Positions 10,601 to 20,496 of a DNA stretch of 64,000 bases are shown one piece after another. Numbering within the stretch: position 1 is the first letter of the stretch; every line of letters begins with the position of its first letter. The notes below the pieces were generated by a model that was not told where the DNA came from, made no database searches, and worked only from the letters and a program-made list of their open reading frames with translations. The position numbers and the translations under genes are program-made. The DNA is taken from positions 7,563 to 71,562 of the IMG/VR virus record IMGVR_UViG_3300036391_000001, one strand, 5' to 3'. Source of the stretch: a virus.

Positions 10601-11270
10601 CCTCTACGCCAGGGCGCGAGGATGGTTCACAGCTCCACCACTGCCGATCGCTTACTGGACGTTGGATGACAGCAGCTATGCCGATTCGATCAACGGCTAT
10701 GATCTCTTGGCTGAAAGTGGAGCGCTGATCGATATCGTTGATGGCGCGGCAGTGTTCACGGCTGCGACTGGAATTAACAGCATTCTCTACACATCTGAAA
10801 CTGAGCTGAAATTCACAACTAATCACGCTGATGATGAGCAGTATCCACCACAGAGGGATTGGCGGCTTGAGTTCAAACTAAGCTATAGCAACGCAGGTAG
10901 CGAAGATCTGCTGATCGCTCATACTGGCGATCTGTTTGGTAACGATGATGATTGGCGGGTGTATTTAGACGCTGGCGGAATTTTGAATTTTGGAATTGTG
11001 ACTACTGGAGGGGAGGGGAGCAACTTTGAATATTTAGTAAGCACAGTTGCGATCGCCCCTAATACCACGTCCAGCATTGTGCTGGCTCTAGATGCCACTC
11101 TTGGAAAAACCAGCCTAAGCATTGATGGCGTTTTAGTAGAGCTAACGCTGACTAATGTAGCCGTTGCGCCAAGCCTTGAAATCTTCAAATTAGCGTTCGG
11201 TCTAGACTACACCGCCACGGCTGGCAGTACCCTAACCCTGGACGATATCAAACTGTTCTTCCCCTCTTAA
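7698..11270 (+). CDS. Large tail/receptor-binding protein with C-terminal LamG/ConA-like domain
   Basis: 1190 aa, G/T/A-rich; PIAYWTLDD...ADSING start of a LamG-like module; GAPG/GTAGATG linkers. Confidence 0.6.
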   Translation: MRIQFASGLPQLPFSSDNLSVISGSTTTARSLYFAILGENPAGFNLLSSIIPATIGVGAGVTITIPTTAHPAGSFWQNYIIAASTTNTPSSLVQLAKISAIDIDGNPRTLPLSITLDEEEMFALSSTIATPDPLPELPLNGMLRAIASLSGNVFEYDENSSLPPNDLTVIAAIAGNWVYKPGNFSSYVELTTDGGGCDRPLADIPSTLQRAPRYSPSGAAGTKRTFWIVNTAEEDIPAGLRVKVIVSVDGAAQDSEFDGLLAVRFKGYANTVTGALRTLDGDGIEFPNLNIERDYQSGKSDLILPDDLATNEAYTLEIYPKFSLIAAQNKVADGSLISIALDLFEEAGVYSELGQALGDWLYPTDDRGYIVPDDGLAAIALKRSGIVASTSFLKVGASPLYELDINTANQKAAINGDGAIYLRDGDLQPAEALRAILGTVAGDSYASAWSLPVTVSGTQAVQITCTYPSNGTTATIRADYPDAIAGVTGKAKFNPPLVTLFLTDGTEIRRFEGFSVVDGATQNFLIDNWNSGVLIEDLPDPAANFSLFRPEGATAIATATGNIPVGEIQAAFCFTYTGESLTSISHAEADGCIHEAKLTLAEMEAAAQSWSTPVAESGIVDIPQGAIVAWQTRRTTSGKPIVYSPVSTAEHDGVSVWKPAYKLDSDPGRWLVDNTQKVLLTGENPPTSGDGSEGDIYLQIASPDLLIWHKDTALDWALVQTITAPTGAPGQAYTNTTAAFIQPAVNATVTVSLAAGQWIATGATVFVESAGYYQVVTPGSTSVVLRNLGYSANAAPSTNILTNRKISASGTAGATGSISDADRLILNLISTPPTVAVDQMAVFNQGEKLKLRKASDGVIQTIAVLEAPQTFTKAQSVRAVSLTPGSTVAIDATLGNTFALNVSQTTLISNPTGLIDGGVYYLRLRQSGAGSYAITFEDAWVWELDTPPNLVTAADRLWVIEANSDGSNLYARARGWFTAPPLPIAYWTLDDSSYADSINGYDLLAESGALIDIVDGAAVFTAATGINSILYTSETELKFTTNHADDEQYPPQRDWRLEFKLSYSNAGSEDLLIAHTGDLFGNDDDWRVYLDAGGILNFGIVTTGGEGSNFEYLVSTVAIAPNTTSSIVLALDATLGKTSLSIDGVLVELTLTNVAVAPSLEIFKLAFGLDYTATAGSTLTLDDIKLFFPS

Positions 11271-11272
11271 CC

Positions 11273-11458
11273 ATGAAACGCCTTATCGATCCGTTCCTCT
11301 CTCGTTTCCGCTGGTATCGCCGCGCCCGTGGCGGCGTTTGGGCGTGGGTACACAATCTGAATACAGGGAAGCGATCGGGCTGGGTTCGGCTCGCTGATCA
11401 CCTTCCTCTCTTCCCCTATCCAACTCCCGGCATTCGCGAAGTGGAGCGGCATCACTAA
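11273..11458 (+). CDS. Small basic hypothetical protein
   Basis: Tightly packed between two tail genes. Confidence 0.45.
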   Translation: MKRLIDPFLSRFRWYRRARGGVWAWVHNLNTGKRSGWVRLADHLPLFPYPTPGIREVERHH

Positions 11459-12522
11459 TGCGTAGCTTTGAGGAACTGGAAGCCAAGCTCAAGGAAGTCC
11501 AGGCGCATTACGAGAATCTGGCGATCGGCGTTGGGGGTGGTGCAGTAGGCTCTACGGCATCATTCACTCTAGAGCAGCCGTTGAATGGGGTGAATACCGT
11601 TCGAGCAACCTGCTTCACGCCATGCCCACCAGGGCGATCGCAGTTGTTCAAAGATGCAAACGGCTCTTGGTATGCGATCGGTTCAAACGCTGCGGTTCTG
11701 CAAAGCATTGAGATCGCCCAGAATCGAAGGCGTACGGCTCAAGAACCGACTCAGCCTATACGGTTTGCAATGTCAGTATCGGTTTATTCCGGATCGCCTT
11801 TCGATGCAGGTCAAGGCGTTGTTTCTCTGTTGGGCGCTAAAAATGATTCGTATGTAATCGTTGAGGGCAGACCTTACCTAGTGATGTCTCGAACTCAAAC
11901 AAGCGTGGTTATTGATTCCGAGGGTGTTCCTGTCATAGTTGATGATCAGGGGGAGCAGGGCTTTAGTTCTCCGATTCTCTCTGCTGATAAAAACGGTACA
12001 GTATACGTCGATTATCAAACGTTCGACAGTCAGCGATCGCAGGGTGGCTATGCCCGGTATAACTATCATTTTCGGATCAATGGAGGGGTCGTTAGCGCTC
12101 TGAGCGAGTCCCCTTCATGGCGTGGTAGCTTGGTCAATGGCTTGCTATCGAGCGATCTTGAGATTGATCCTGATTCAAACGCTTGCGTGAACTATTTTCG
12201 GACAATCCTGTACTCCAATATTCAAGATCGCAACGTTTGGACTCTCTTCGGATTTGACACCGATCGCGGCAGACTTGCGGGTGAACTAGGGTTTCCTGGA
12301 GGATCAAACCGACTGAATGACAACGCAGTTTTGAACCATCTCAAAACTAATACGCTCCGCACAACAGCAACGATCTCAAGACTCCAAACAGAGGGCGATC
12401 GCTGTTTGACGGCTAGTGGTGGCACCCAAACTGAGCTGAGGAAATTTGACCTGCCAAGAATTCGATGGGATGTGCCGGAAGGAGCTAACGCAATCATCAC
12501 TTTTGCGGCGATCGCTTATTAA
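11458..12522 (+). CDS. Tail-associated hypothetical protein
   Basis: 354-aa ORF in the structural operon. Confidence 0.5.
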   Translation: MRSFEELEAKLKEVQAHYENLAIGVGGGAVGSTASFTLEQPLNGVNTVRATCFTPCPPGRSQLFKDANGSWYAIGSNAAVLQSIEIAQNRRRTAQEPTQPIRFAMSVSVYSGSPFDAGQGVVSLLGAKNDSYVIVEGRPYLVMSRTQTSVVIDSEGVPVIVDDQGEQGFSSPILSADKNGTVYVDYQTFDSQRSQGGYARYNYHFRINGGVVSALSESPSWRGSLVNGLLSSDLEIDPDSNACVNYFRTILYSNIQDRNVWTLFGFDTDRGRLAGELGFPGGSNRLNDNAVLNHLKTNTLRTTATISRLQTEGDRCLTASGGTQTELRKFDLPRIRWDVPEGANAIITFAAIAY

Positions 12523-12643
12523 CAGAGGGCGAGCTTTGCAATCGATCGCCCTTCGGTTGGGCACACTGAAAGCAACGCCTGCCCCTGCGACTTGGGGATG
12601 TCCATTTGGAATGCTAAACATCCTTTGAGGCAGGTAAAGTTTT

Positions 12644-13015
12644 ATGCCCACTAACATCAATTGGTCACGTCCGTTTTCTGAAGCGGCTGAAGTCAAAACC
12701 AGCGCCGTGACTCACGCCCTAACCGTTTCGGGTGGCAAGGCAATTATCGACGTGACGGCTACGGTCAACGCAGCTACCAAGATTCTTGAGCGGATCATTC
12801 TCACTCCTAAAGCCAGTAATACAGGCACAACCCACACCGTTAAGCACCTGATCTTTTCGGGCGGCTCGGATTCTGTTTATGTCAGCGCCACCAACCCAGC
12901 CGACTCAGTTGCCACCAACGCTGCAACGGCTGTAGAAACCGTGCTACCTGACACGCTCAACCTTGACAGCTTCTACACGGCTGCTGGCGTAGGACGCACC
13001 GACCCAACTCCTTAA
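12644..13015 (+). CDS. Putative structural protein
   Basis: T/A/V-rich ORF before the putative tube gene. Confidence 0.45.
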   Translation: MPTNINWSRPFSEAAEVKTSAVTHALTVSGGKAIIDVTATVNAATKILERIILTPKASNTGTTHTVKHLIFSGGSDSVYVSATNPADSVATNAATAVETVLPDTLNLDSFYTAAGVGRTDPTP

Positions 13016-13074
13016 GCCCGATCGCTCGGCTATTCACCAAGCCATTCATTAAGCTTTTTATCCAATAGAACACT

Positions 13075-13893
13075 ATGGCTAACGCAATTCTCGGATTCCG
13101 CACAATTAACAAGTGCTTTTTGCACCGCTACGTTTTTGAAGGCTCTCCAGCCGTTCTCACGCCCAAACCCATCTCCCTACTGATTCCGCCCAGCATGGCT
13201 GAAATCGATCCAGGGATTACGATCGTTGACATCGATGGTCGCACCGCAAACGGAGCCATGCAATCAGCTCTGACCTACAAAGACAAGATCATGCCGAAGT
13301 TGAAGCTTAGCTTTGACGTGGGTGGCCCCGAACTTGAGCAGATGATCCACGGTCAGGTGGTGAAGTCTTACACCAACGTTGTCTCTGCCGTCTTGTTTGA
13401 ATTTGAAGCCACGACCCAAACCTTTGCCGCACGGGAACCGGGCGAGCATGGCTATCAGGTCACAGCTCAAACCGATGGGGCAAACTCAATGGTTTACTAC
13501 ACCGATCCGCTGACTAAGCTATCGGTCGCTTTGACAGTCGTTGCCGCCAATCCTATCGGCAATCAGATCGTCATCGGCGAACACCTGGCGCTAACCGTTT
13601 CCCCAGAGCTGGCAGCAACAGGTTATCCGATCTCTGGTCGGGTCAATGCAGTGGTTCCTTCTGCTACGGCAATGAGCAATAAGCAAATGGGGCTTGTAGG
13701 CGTGTTCCTAACGGGCATCTACCATGACCAGACCGTGAAAACCTTCAGCGCTCGCTACTGCTCCCTCGACTTCGGCTCTCAGCTCAGTGCTGACGGTAAG
13801 CGATCGGTCAACCTCCGAATCCTGCCTGATGCCAACTGCCGATCGGGTCTGGGTTGGGATGTTGAGGATGTGCCACTGCAACTGGTTGCTTAG
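13075..13893 (+). CDS. Putative major tail (tube) protein
   Basis: Size, beta-rich composition, position before chaperones and tape measure. Confidence 0.5.
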   Translation: MANAILGFRTINKCFLHRYVFEGSPAVLTPKPISLLIPPSMAEIDPGITIVDIDGRTANGAMQSALTYKDKIMPKLKLSFDVGGPELEQMIHGQVVKSYTNVVSAVLFEFEATTQTFAAREPGEHGYQVTAQTDGANSMVYYTDPLTKLSVALTVVAANPIGNQIVIGEHLALTVSPELAATGYPISGRVNAVVPSATAMSNKQMGLVGVFLTGIYHDQTVKTFSARYCSLDFGSQLSADGKRSVNLRILPDANCRSGLGWDVEDVPLQLVA

Positions 13894-13937
13894 AAGGCGA
13901 TTGGGGAATACTCTGTGTATGGTGGGTTATACGAAAT

Positions 13938-14687
13938 GTGAATGTTTTTCCCGTTGGAGCGGCAGAGCAATCCAGCGGGATTTTTAATGCAAACGAACAT
14001 GGGCGATCGGGCACTAATAAGCTGTTCGAGTTAGATTCATGCCCCATGTACGAGCGCGTTGACTTCTTAGACGGCACATTCCTAATGGTTTGCCTTCCGC
14101 TGGCACGTCATGCCCTGATTAGCGCTTATAGACAAGAGTTGCGATCGAACCTGGAAGGGATCGGCTATTGGGTACCCTCAATGGATTCAACTTTGTTCGC
14201 CACATGGGGCATTTACTACACCCAAATATCGAAGCTCATGGAACCCGCTTTTGATGCGGCTGCCATGACTCCCGATTCCCGGCACAGGTTTTTCATTTGC
14301 TCTACCCCAGTCGAGCGTAATGGGGAAATGTTTGTCGGCTTACCACAGCTCGATCTGCTGCTGGGCATGGGCTACCCTGAACCTGTCACAGTCGATCGCC
14401 CCAATCAGAATAAGGGCATCGTTCATATCACATCAGGCGATCCAGCCCGTGACCTGCTGGCAGACTTGCTGATTATGTTTAAGGATCAGGCATTGCCACT
14501 GAGCGATCGCTATTCCTTCGATTACCTCAACAAGCTTGTTCTACAAACTGCACAGCGTAAAGATCCTGAGCTACAGAAGAAGCTGCAAGCCGAAGCCGAT
14601 AAAAAGCGGTTCGAGCAACTGAACGCCGGAGCCGCTGTGAGGGAACACTATCGGAGAATGAATATCGTAGTCCCAGACGATTTTTAA
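13938..14687 (+). CDS. Putative tail assembly chaperone
   Basis: Position between tube and tape-measure genes; start uncertain. Confidence 0.4.
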   Translation: MNVFPVGAAEQSSGIFNANEHGRSGTNKLFELDSCPMYERVDFLDGTFLMVCLPLARHALISAYRQELRSNLEGIGYWVPSMDSTLFATWGIYYTQISKLMEPAFDAAAMTPDSRHRFFICSTPVERNGEMFVGLPQLDLLLGMGYPEPVTVDRPNQNKGIVHITSGDPARDLLADLLIMFKDQALPLSDRYSFDYLNKLVLQTAQRKDPELQKKLQAEADKKRFEQLNAGAAVREHYRRMNIVVPDDF

Positions 14688-14688
14688 T

Positions 14689-14943
14689 ATGCCTCAGTTC
14701 AGAAAGAAGCCCGTTGTAGTTGAAGCAATGCAGTTTACGGAAGATTCAAAGAATCAAGTATTCAACTTTGTAAGGTGCAGTTGTCATGCTGACTTTATAG
14801 ACGGAAAGCCAGTTCTAAAGATCGAGACTCTTGAAGGTAGCATGACCGCAAGTTTAGGCGACTGGGTTATCAAAGGAATAAAAAACGAGTTCTATCCATG
14901 TAAGCCCGATATCTTTGAAGCAACTTACGAGCCAGTCTCATAG
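14689..14943 (+). CDS. Widespread small phage protein (FRKKPVVVEAMQF...GDWVIKG...FYPCKPDIFEATY family)
   Basis: Recognisable conserved motifs; more AT-rich than neighbours. Confidence 0.75.
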   Translation: MPQFRKKPVVVEAMQFTEDSKNQVFNFVRCSCHADFIDGKPVLKIETLEGSMTASLGDWVIKGIKNEFYPCKPDIFEATYEPVS

Positions 14944-14962
14944 ACTCATCAACGCTAAAACC

Positions 14963-15487
14963 ATGCAACCCTTTTCAGTCACGCTTCGCGATAAAACCTA
15001 TACTGCCTCTGACCCCACCTCTCGCGAGATGCGGGTGCTGGCATCCGTCTTTTTTAAGGGTGAATCAGAGCGCGATCGCATTCAGTCGCTGATGGATTCG
15101 ATCAGCGGTAGCAATCCGTTTGAGTTTGACCTGAACGACCCCAACGACCTGCAACGGGCAACGGTTGTACTAATCGTGCGGATGGACAGCCCAGCTGTTC
15201 AGGCAAGCCTAGCTCATGTGCTGCGATCGCTCTTTCCCGACCTGCCTGAGTCTCTGGTGAACCATCGGCTCATCTACGCGCCCAACGGCGAGCAAGAGGT
15301 TAAAACCGTTTGGAAGTTGGACGATGATGAGGCTCCCGCCCTGGTTTTAGAGGCATTGAAGCATCTTCAGGCTGAACATGACTTGCAAAATGAGCAAGAT
15401 GCAAAGCTGTGGACTGAGAAGGCTGAACCTCAAGGCTTTGCCGTAGCCGCCAAACCCAAGCGCACCCGCAAGCTGAAAGCCGCATAA
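14963..15487 (+). CDS. Putative tail assembly chaperone
   Basis: Immediately upstream of tape measure; ATG 14963 is the likely start. Confidence 0.45.
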   Translation: MQPFSVTLRDKTYTASDPTSREMRVLASVFFKGESERDRIQSLMDSISGSNPFEFDLNDPNDLQRATVVLIVRMDSPAVQASLAHVLRSLFPDLPESLVNHRLIYAPNGEQEVKTVWKLDDDEAPALVLEALKHLQAEHDLQNEQDAKLWTEKAEPQGFAVAAKPKRTRKLKAA

Positions 15488-15588
15488 ACAAGTTTCCTCC
15501 CTGTTGTCTGTTGGAGCTGGAGCGTTTCTCGCCTCAGCTCTTTTTTTGGGCAAACTGAATTCATAAGCCTGCCCTGGCTCAAACTGGG

Positions 15589-18500
15589 ATGCCCGTTCGG
15601 GATGCGATCGCTTCACTCATCCCACGGGCAATCATGGCACTTAACCCGATTAAGCTTGTTGTTCAAGCCGTCAATCAAACACAGCCGATCGTCAGTGAGA
15701 TCGGCAAAAATCTGGACGGGCTGAAAGCTCAGGCAGCGGCAGTTGGAGAGAGATTTGAGCTGATTCGCAAGCAGGCGGGCTTCGGCTCATTGGATAAAGA
15801 GATTTCCTTGCTGGCAAAGTCGCTAGGGAAAACCTACAAGGAGGCTGAGCAGCTCTCCAAAGGGCTGGGTCTGAGCAGTGACCAGATTCAGAAAAATATC
15901 AAGGCAATCAAGGAACTCTCAGCCCTCAAGCTTGACCCTAAGCAGATTTTTGAAAAGCTCAACAAAGAGCTGGGGACAACTGAGGAGCAATTTAATAAGC
16001 TCCATGCCGCTGCCAATGGCGACGGCGGCGGTGGAAGGAAGGGCGGCTTTGGCGGTTTAGGAGGGGCGATTAGCAGTGCCGCTGGCGCAATGGGCACGTT
16101 TGGGCTTGCCGTCCAGGGCGCTCAGGCAGCGATGGCAATCCTGTCGAAGAACTTTGATCAGGTGATTGGGCAGAATATTCGCCTCAGAGAGCAGATTCAG
16201 TCCACCGCGATTACCCTTGCCTCTAAGCAGGATGTGCTGATCAACGGCAAGATCGAAACCGATCCTAGAAAGGCGATCGATGCTCTGCGCCCGATGATCA
16301 AGGAGCAGATCGACAAGCTTGCCGTTGATGCAACCAGCCTCAGCGGGGTGACTAGCACTGATCTGATTCCCAGTTTTCAGGCGGCATTAGCGGCTAGCGG
16401 TCGGCTGAAGCTTGGTAATCAGCAGGGCGCGGGCAAGGATTCAGCCGATAATGCCCGACAGCTCACGACGCAGCTCACGGCTCAAGGGTTGATGCTAGGG
16501 CGCGATGCAGGGCAAATCACCAACGATATTTCCCAAATCACGGGCGGTAACATTGACCCTCAATACAACGCCCTTGCTAAGTTCCTCAACCTAAATAACG
16601 CCAGAGTTGCCCAACTTTCCTCAGAAGGGAAGCTGATGAAGTACATCGAAGAGCGGACTCAGGCGGCGGTTGCAGGTCAGGCACAGCTAGCAGAACAGTG
16701 GAAAGGCGCGACCTCCAATATTCAGGAGTATGTCCAGCTCATTACCCGTGATTTTGGCGGACCACTGTTAGACGTGATGCTGAAGCCGATCGTCAAACTT
16801 GAGCAATCCCTCAAAGGGCAGCTTGAGAATATGCGCACCTTTGCCAAGGGTGCAGGTGAGGCGATCGGCGGTGGCTTAATGCAGGTCTGGAGCCTGATTG
16901 ACCAGGCAATTGATGGGGTGGGCGCTGTCTACAACAAAAACCTGAAGCAGATCAGCGGCTTTATCAATGATGCGGTTCAAGCGGGTTCAGGTGCATGGGA
17001 ATGGCTTAAACAGGCGGCTACAGATGTCTGGGATTACCTCACTGAGCAGGTCAAGAGCCTAGCGCCCGATCTGCAATCAATGGGCGCTGAACTGCAAAAA
17101 AACTTTATGCCCGTCTGGGAATATCTAGTGCAGGTTCTGCCACCCGCACTGGAGAAGATCGGCAACTTTCTGAAGGCTGGAATCATTGGGCTGATTGCCT
17201 ACATCGTTCAAGGGCTTCGCAACTTTACAACAACAGTGAAAATCATTGCCCCACTGTTGAGTGGGATAACGACCACGCTGGTAATGGCTATCGACGGTTT
17301 CAATATTTCCGTAGAGAAGGCACAGCAAACCGTCGCATCCTTTATCTCGATCGCTTCTAAAATCCCCGGCGTTAGCGCCCTCATCGGTGATCCAATCAAG
17401 GATGCCGCTGAAGCATTGGACTCTCTCAGTCGGGCAAGCACACAGCTTGATACCCAATCCCTGAAAACCCTGGATCAGGTGAATGCGGCAAAGGCTCAAG
17501 GGACTAACCTCAGTGCTGAGCAGCTTAAGAAAAACACTCAAATTGCTGAACTTGCCAAGCAGCAGATTGAAGCAATCGATCAGCAGATTGCCTCAGAGAA
17601 AGAACTTGCCGTCTTCACTCCAGAGCAGAAGGCTAAGCAGCAAGCCGATATTGCGTTTCAAGAGAACCGCAAAAAAGCGCTTGAGGAAGCGTTAAAGGGA
17701 TTAAAGATTCAATCTGAAGAGGAAGCCAAGGGAACCGCTAACGTTACCACCCAAAACAGGAAGCTGGATGATAGGGGAACGATTATCAAGCAGCTTGCTG
17801 ATAAGGCGAAAGCCTTTCAGGAAGCACTAGACAATCCAATTGACCAGGCAGCGGCGATCGAATCTGCTAAACAGTTGATGGCGGTGACTCAGCAGCAGAT
17901 TGACGCGGGAGCCATCACCGCGCAACAGGGTGAGGATAGGCTGAAGGCGATCGCCAAAAACGCCGGACTCGACATTGAAACCCGGCAAGCTGCTGAGAAG
18001 GCGATCACCGGGATTCGTAAGGGTGAATTAGAAGTCCAGAAGCAGAACATCGCTACTCAAATCGCTGAGGTTGAAGCGAAAGTTAAATCGGGTAATTTGG
18101 GTGAGGTTGAAGGGGCAAAGCAGCTCACGGCTTTGAAGAAGAAGGAGTTAGATCTACAGCTCAAAGATGTAGACGACGCGATTAAAACTGAGCAAGACCT
18201 GATCGCTAAAGGTGGCGGCAGTAAAAAGGTTCTGGCTAAGTTGCAGAACGATCGTAAGGGCATTGTCGCTCAGCAGGTTAAACAGGAAACCGAAGGCGAG
18301 GAATCGATCCAAGCCGCAAGAATGGCTGTGCTAGAACGCGCCCAGAGGAAGGCGATCGATACAGCTAAACAGTCCGAGATTGAGCGTAACAACGCCAATC
18401 AGGAGTTGCTGAATAAGCATGAGATCCGGCAGGTTGAATTCGATCGCCGCCGCATCATTAACCAGCGCTCAACCATTGAAACCGAGCTGCAAAACGAGAA

Positions 18501-19848
18501 AGACAAGCTTGCCGCCCTGGAAGCCGCGCCCAAGTACGATGACCCGGCAAAGGAAGCCGAACGGCAAGCGAAGATCCGCGCCTCTAAGATTCAGCTCTCT
18601 CAACTCACCGGGCAGCTCCTACAAAACGAATACGAACAGCAGCAAGCCAACCTACGGGCACTGGCTGAAAAGCTCGATCGCGAAGTTCAAGGCTTGCAGA
18701 ACCGCACCCATGAACAGACTTTAGGCTTAGAAAAACAGCAGCAGGTTTACGACGCGATCACCCGATCGATCGAGCAGCAGAAAAAGCTGATGGAGGAACA
18801 GCAGAACCTTCGCAAAGCCCAGACTGATGCCGTGCTGGGTGAGTTGAACGTTATGGAACAGATTGCCCAAACGGAATCGGAGAAACGCCGCTATGCTCGC
18901 GCTGAGGAAGCGATTAAGCTGCGAGCGCTGAAACTTCAGCATGAGGCAGAGCTAACTAACCTGAAGATCCAGCAGCAACAGACCGAGCTTGCCCGTGAGC
19001 GCGAACAGATTGAGCTGCGGATGAAGAAGCTTCAGAATGAGGCTGACATCGCCCAGAAGGAAGCTAACTTGCAAAAAGCTAAGGCTGATCCCACATCAAC
19101 CCCTGAAGTCATCCGAGCGGCTGAACTCGATCTCAAGTCATCTCAACAGCAAGGCGGCTTTTTGGTGCAGCAGGAAACCCTGCTGGCGCGTCAAGCTGGA
19201 TTCGATCGCCAATCCTATGCCCTTCAGGAAAACGCCCTACGCACCCGGCAGGGCAGTGAAGACCTACAGCAGCAGTATGCCTTTGCCAACACGCTTCAGG
19301 GCAGCCAGAGGGCTAACGCAATGCGGCAGCTCCGTAATCAAATTGCCGGAAACTTTGGCGCAACGGGGGATAACAGCCGTCTTGATTTCCAAGCAGGTCT
19401 AGAATCCCTGGTTAATCAGACGGCTAATGATGCCTTCGGCACCCAGAAGCGCAACTTAGGCGGCAATAGTGCGACGATCGCCCAAAGTCTGCTTAGTGAG
19501 GCGGGTTTGAGCAATCCGAAGGGTAAGGCAATTGCCTCTAGGATCGGGCAACTTCAGCAGCTCGATCTATCCGGCAGCCTGAAAAGCGAGCTGAACTACA
19601 CCCCACCCCAACCGGGGGCGATCGAAGCCAGTTCGGACTCACTAGGGCAAATCCTGACGGCAGTAACAGAGATCGCCAACAAGTTTGGGGATTTAGACGC
19701 GCTGGTGCAGATCGATCAATCCAATCAAATCATCAACCAATTCCAGGGCGGCGGCTCTCCGTCTCGCTCAGATATGAACCGCGTTGACGAGCAAATGCTC
19801 AGCATTCAATACGACCTGCTTCAAAAAATACGGCAACGCCAAGGCTAA
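15589..19848 (+). CDS. Tape measure protein
   Basis: 1419 aa, Ala/Gln/Lys/Glu-rich coiled coil, Gly-rich N-terminal segment, hydrophobic mid-section. Confidence 0.88.
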   Translation: MPVRDAIASLIPRAIMALNPIKLVVQAVNQTQPIVSEIGKNLDGLKAQAAAVGERFELIRKQAGFGSLDKEISLLAKSLGKTYKEAEQLSKGLGLSSDQIQKNIKAIKELSALKLDPKQIFEKLNKELGTTEEQFNKLHAAANGDGGGGRKGGFGGLGGAISSAAGAMGTFGLAVQGAQAAMAILSKNFDQVIGQNIRLREQIQSTAITLASKQDVLINGKIETDPRKAIDALRPMIKEQIDKLAVDATSLSGVTSTDLIPSFQAALAASGRLKLGNQQGAGKDSADNARQLTTQLTAQGLMLGRDAGQITNDISQITGGNIDPQYNALAKFLNLNNARVAQLSSEGKLMKYIEERTQAAVAGQAQLAEQWKGATSNIQEYVQLITRDFGGPLLDVMLKPIVKLEQSLKGQLENMRTFAKGAGEAIGGGLMQVWSLIDQAIDGVGAVYNKNLKQISGFINDAVQAGSGAWEWLKQAATDVWDYLTEQVKSLAPDLQSMGAELQKNFMPVWEYLVQVLPPALEKIGNFLKAGIIGLIAYIVQGLRNFTTTVKIIAPLLSGITTTLVMAIDGFNISVEKAQQTVASFISIASKIPGVSALIGDPIKDAAEALDSLSRASTQLDTQSLKTLDQVNAAKAQGTNLSAEQLKKNTQIAELAKQQIEAIDQQIASEKELAVFTPEQKAKQQADIAFQENRKKALEEALKGLKIQSEEEAKGTANVTTQNRKLDDRGTIIKQLADKAKAFQEALDNPIDQAAAIESAKQLMAVTQQQIDAGAITAQQGEDRLKAIAKNAGLDIETRQAAEKAITGIRKGELEVQKQNIATQIAEVEAKVKSGNLGEVEGAKQLTALKKKELDLQLKDVDDAIKTEQDLIAKGGGSKKVLAKLQNDRKGIVAQQVKQETEGEESIQAARMAVLERAQRKAIDTAKQSEIERNNANQELLNKHEIRQVEFDRRRIINQRSTIETELQNEKDKLAALEAAPKYDDPAKEAERQAKIRASKIQLSQLTGQLLQNEYEQQQANLRALAEKLDREVQGLQNRTHEQTLGLEKQQQVYDAITRSIEQQKKLMEEQQNLRKAQTDAVLGELNVMEQIAQTESEKRRYARAEEAIKLRALKLQHEAELTNLKIQQQQTELAREREQIELRMKKLQNEADIAQKEANLQKAKADPTSTPEVIRAAELDLKSSQQQGGFLVQQETLLARQAGFDRQSYALQENALRTRQGSEDLQQQYAFANTLQGSQRANAMRQLRNQIAGNFGATGDNSRLDFQAGLESLVNQTANDAFGTQKRNLGGNSATIAQSLLSEAGLSNPKGKAIASRIGQLQQLDLSGSLKSELNYTPPQPGAIEASSDSLGQILTAVTEIANKFGDLDALVQIDQSNQIINQFQGGGSPSRSDMNRVDEQMLSIQYDLLQKIRQRQG

Positions 19849-19851
19849 ATC

Positions 19852-20379
19852 ATGGAAGACTACGCTTTCTATAAACGGATTTTGATTGAGTGCAGCACGA
19901 CTATCAAAAATCAGCATCCAGCCGTTGCCGCTGAGATGTTTGAGGTGATCGGCTCTAAGACCTACCTGCGGTTGTTGGTCGATCGCCGTAAGTACACCCC
20001 CATTGAAGACGAACTAAAAACCGACTACATTTTTACAGGCACCGGGACGATCGCACCTGTGGGAGTCTCCAAGCGTGGCTTTGATGCCGTTTGTGATTAT
20101 CCTGATGCTGAAGTTCTAGGGCTAGTTCGACATCTAGCGAAGGCTTGCACCTCTGCCAATCTGCGGCAGTTTACCCCGATCGAAGTGCTGGATTTCTTGG
20201 CAGAACTTGACCCGATTCCGGCTAATCGGCGCGTCCTCAATGGCGAGTTCTACACCCGCTGGCTAGGGCGGATCATGTCGATTCAGCCGAAAGGGTTTGG
20301 GGTGGGCTTTGGATCAGCGCTCTATGGAGAGGGGTTCTCGCTGAAATTCAAGCAGGGCGATCGCTCTTTGAGCCTGTAA
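19852..20379 (+). CDS. Putative distal tail protein
   Basis: Directly follows tape measure. Confidence 0.4.
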   Translation: MEDYAFYKRILIECSTTIKNQHPAVAAEMFEVIGSKTYLRLLVDRRKYTPIEDELKTDYIFTGTGTIAPVGVSKRGFDAVCDYPDAEVLGLVRHLAKACTSANLRQFTPIEVLDFLAELDPIPANRRVLNGEFYTRWLGRIMSIQPKGFGVGFGSALYGEGFSLKFKQGDRSLSL

Positions 20380-20496
20380 GTACGTACGTTCCCTGAAAGC
20401 TTTGTGTGAAGTGGCACTTAAACAGAGTAGAAATACTTGAGGGGTTCGGCATGTCGCTTTAATAGAATGAAGCCACCGCCTCACTTTCAAGCTTCT

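Noticed and set aside
15050-15056. TTTTTTA slippery heptamer as the tail-chaperone frameshift
   Set aside because: It lies near the start of the ORF rather than the end, and no suitable extended alternative frame was evident
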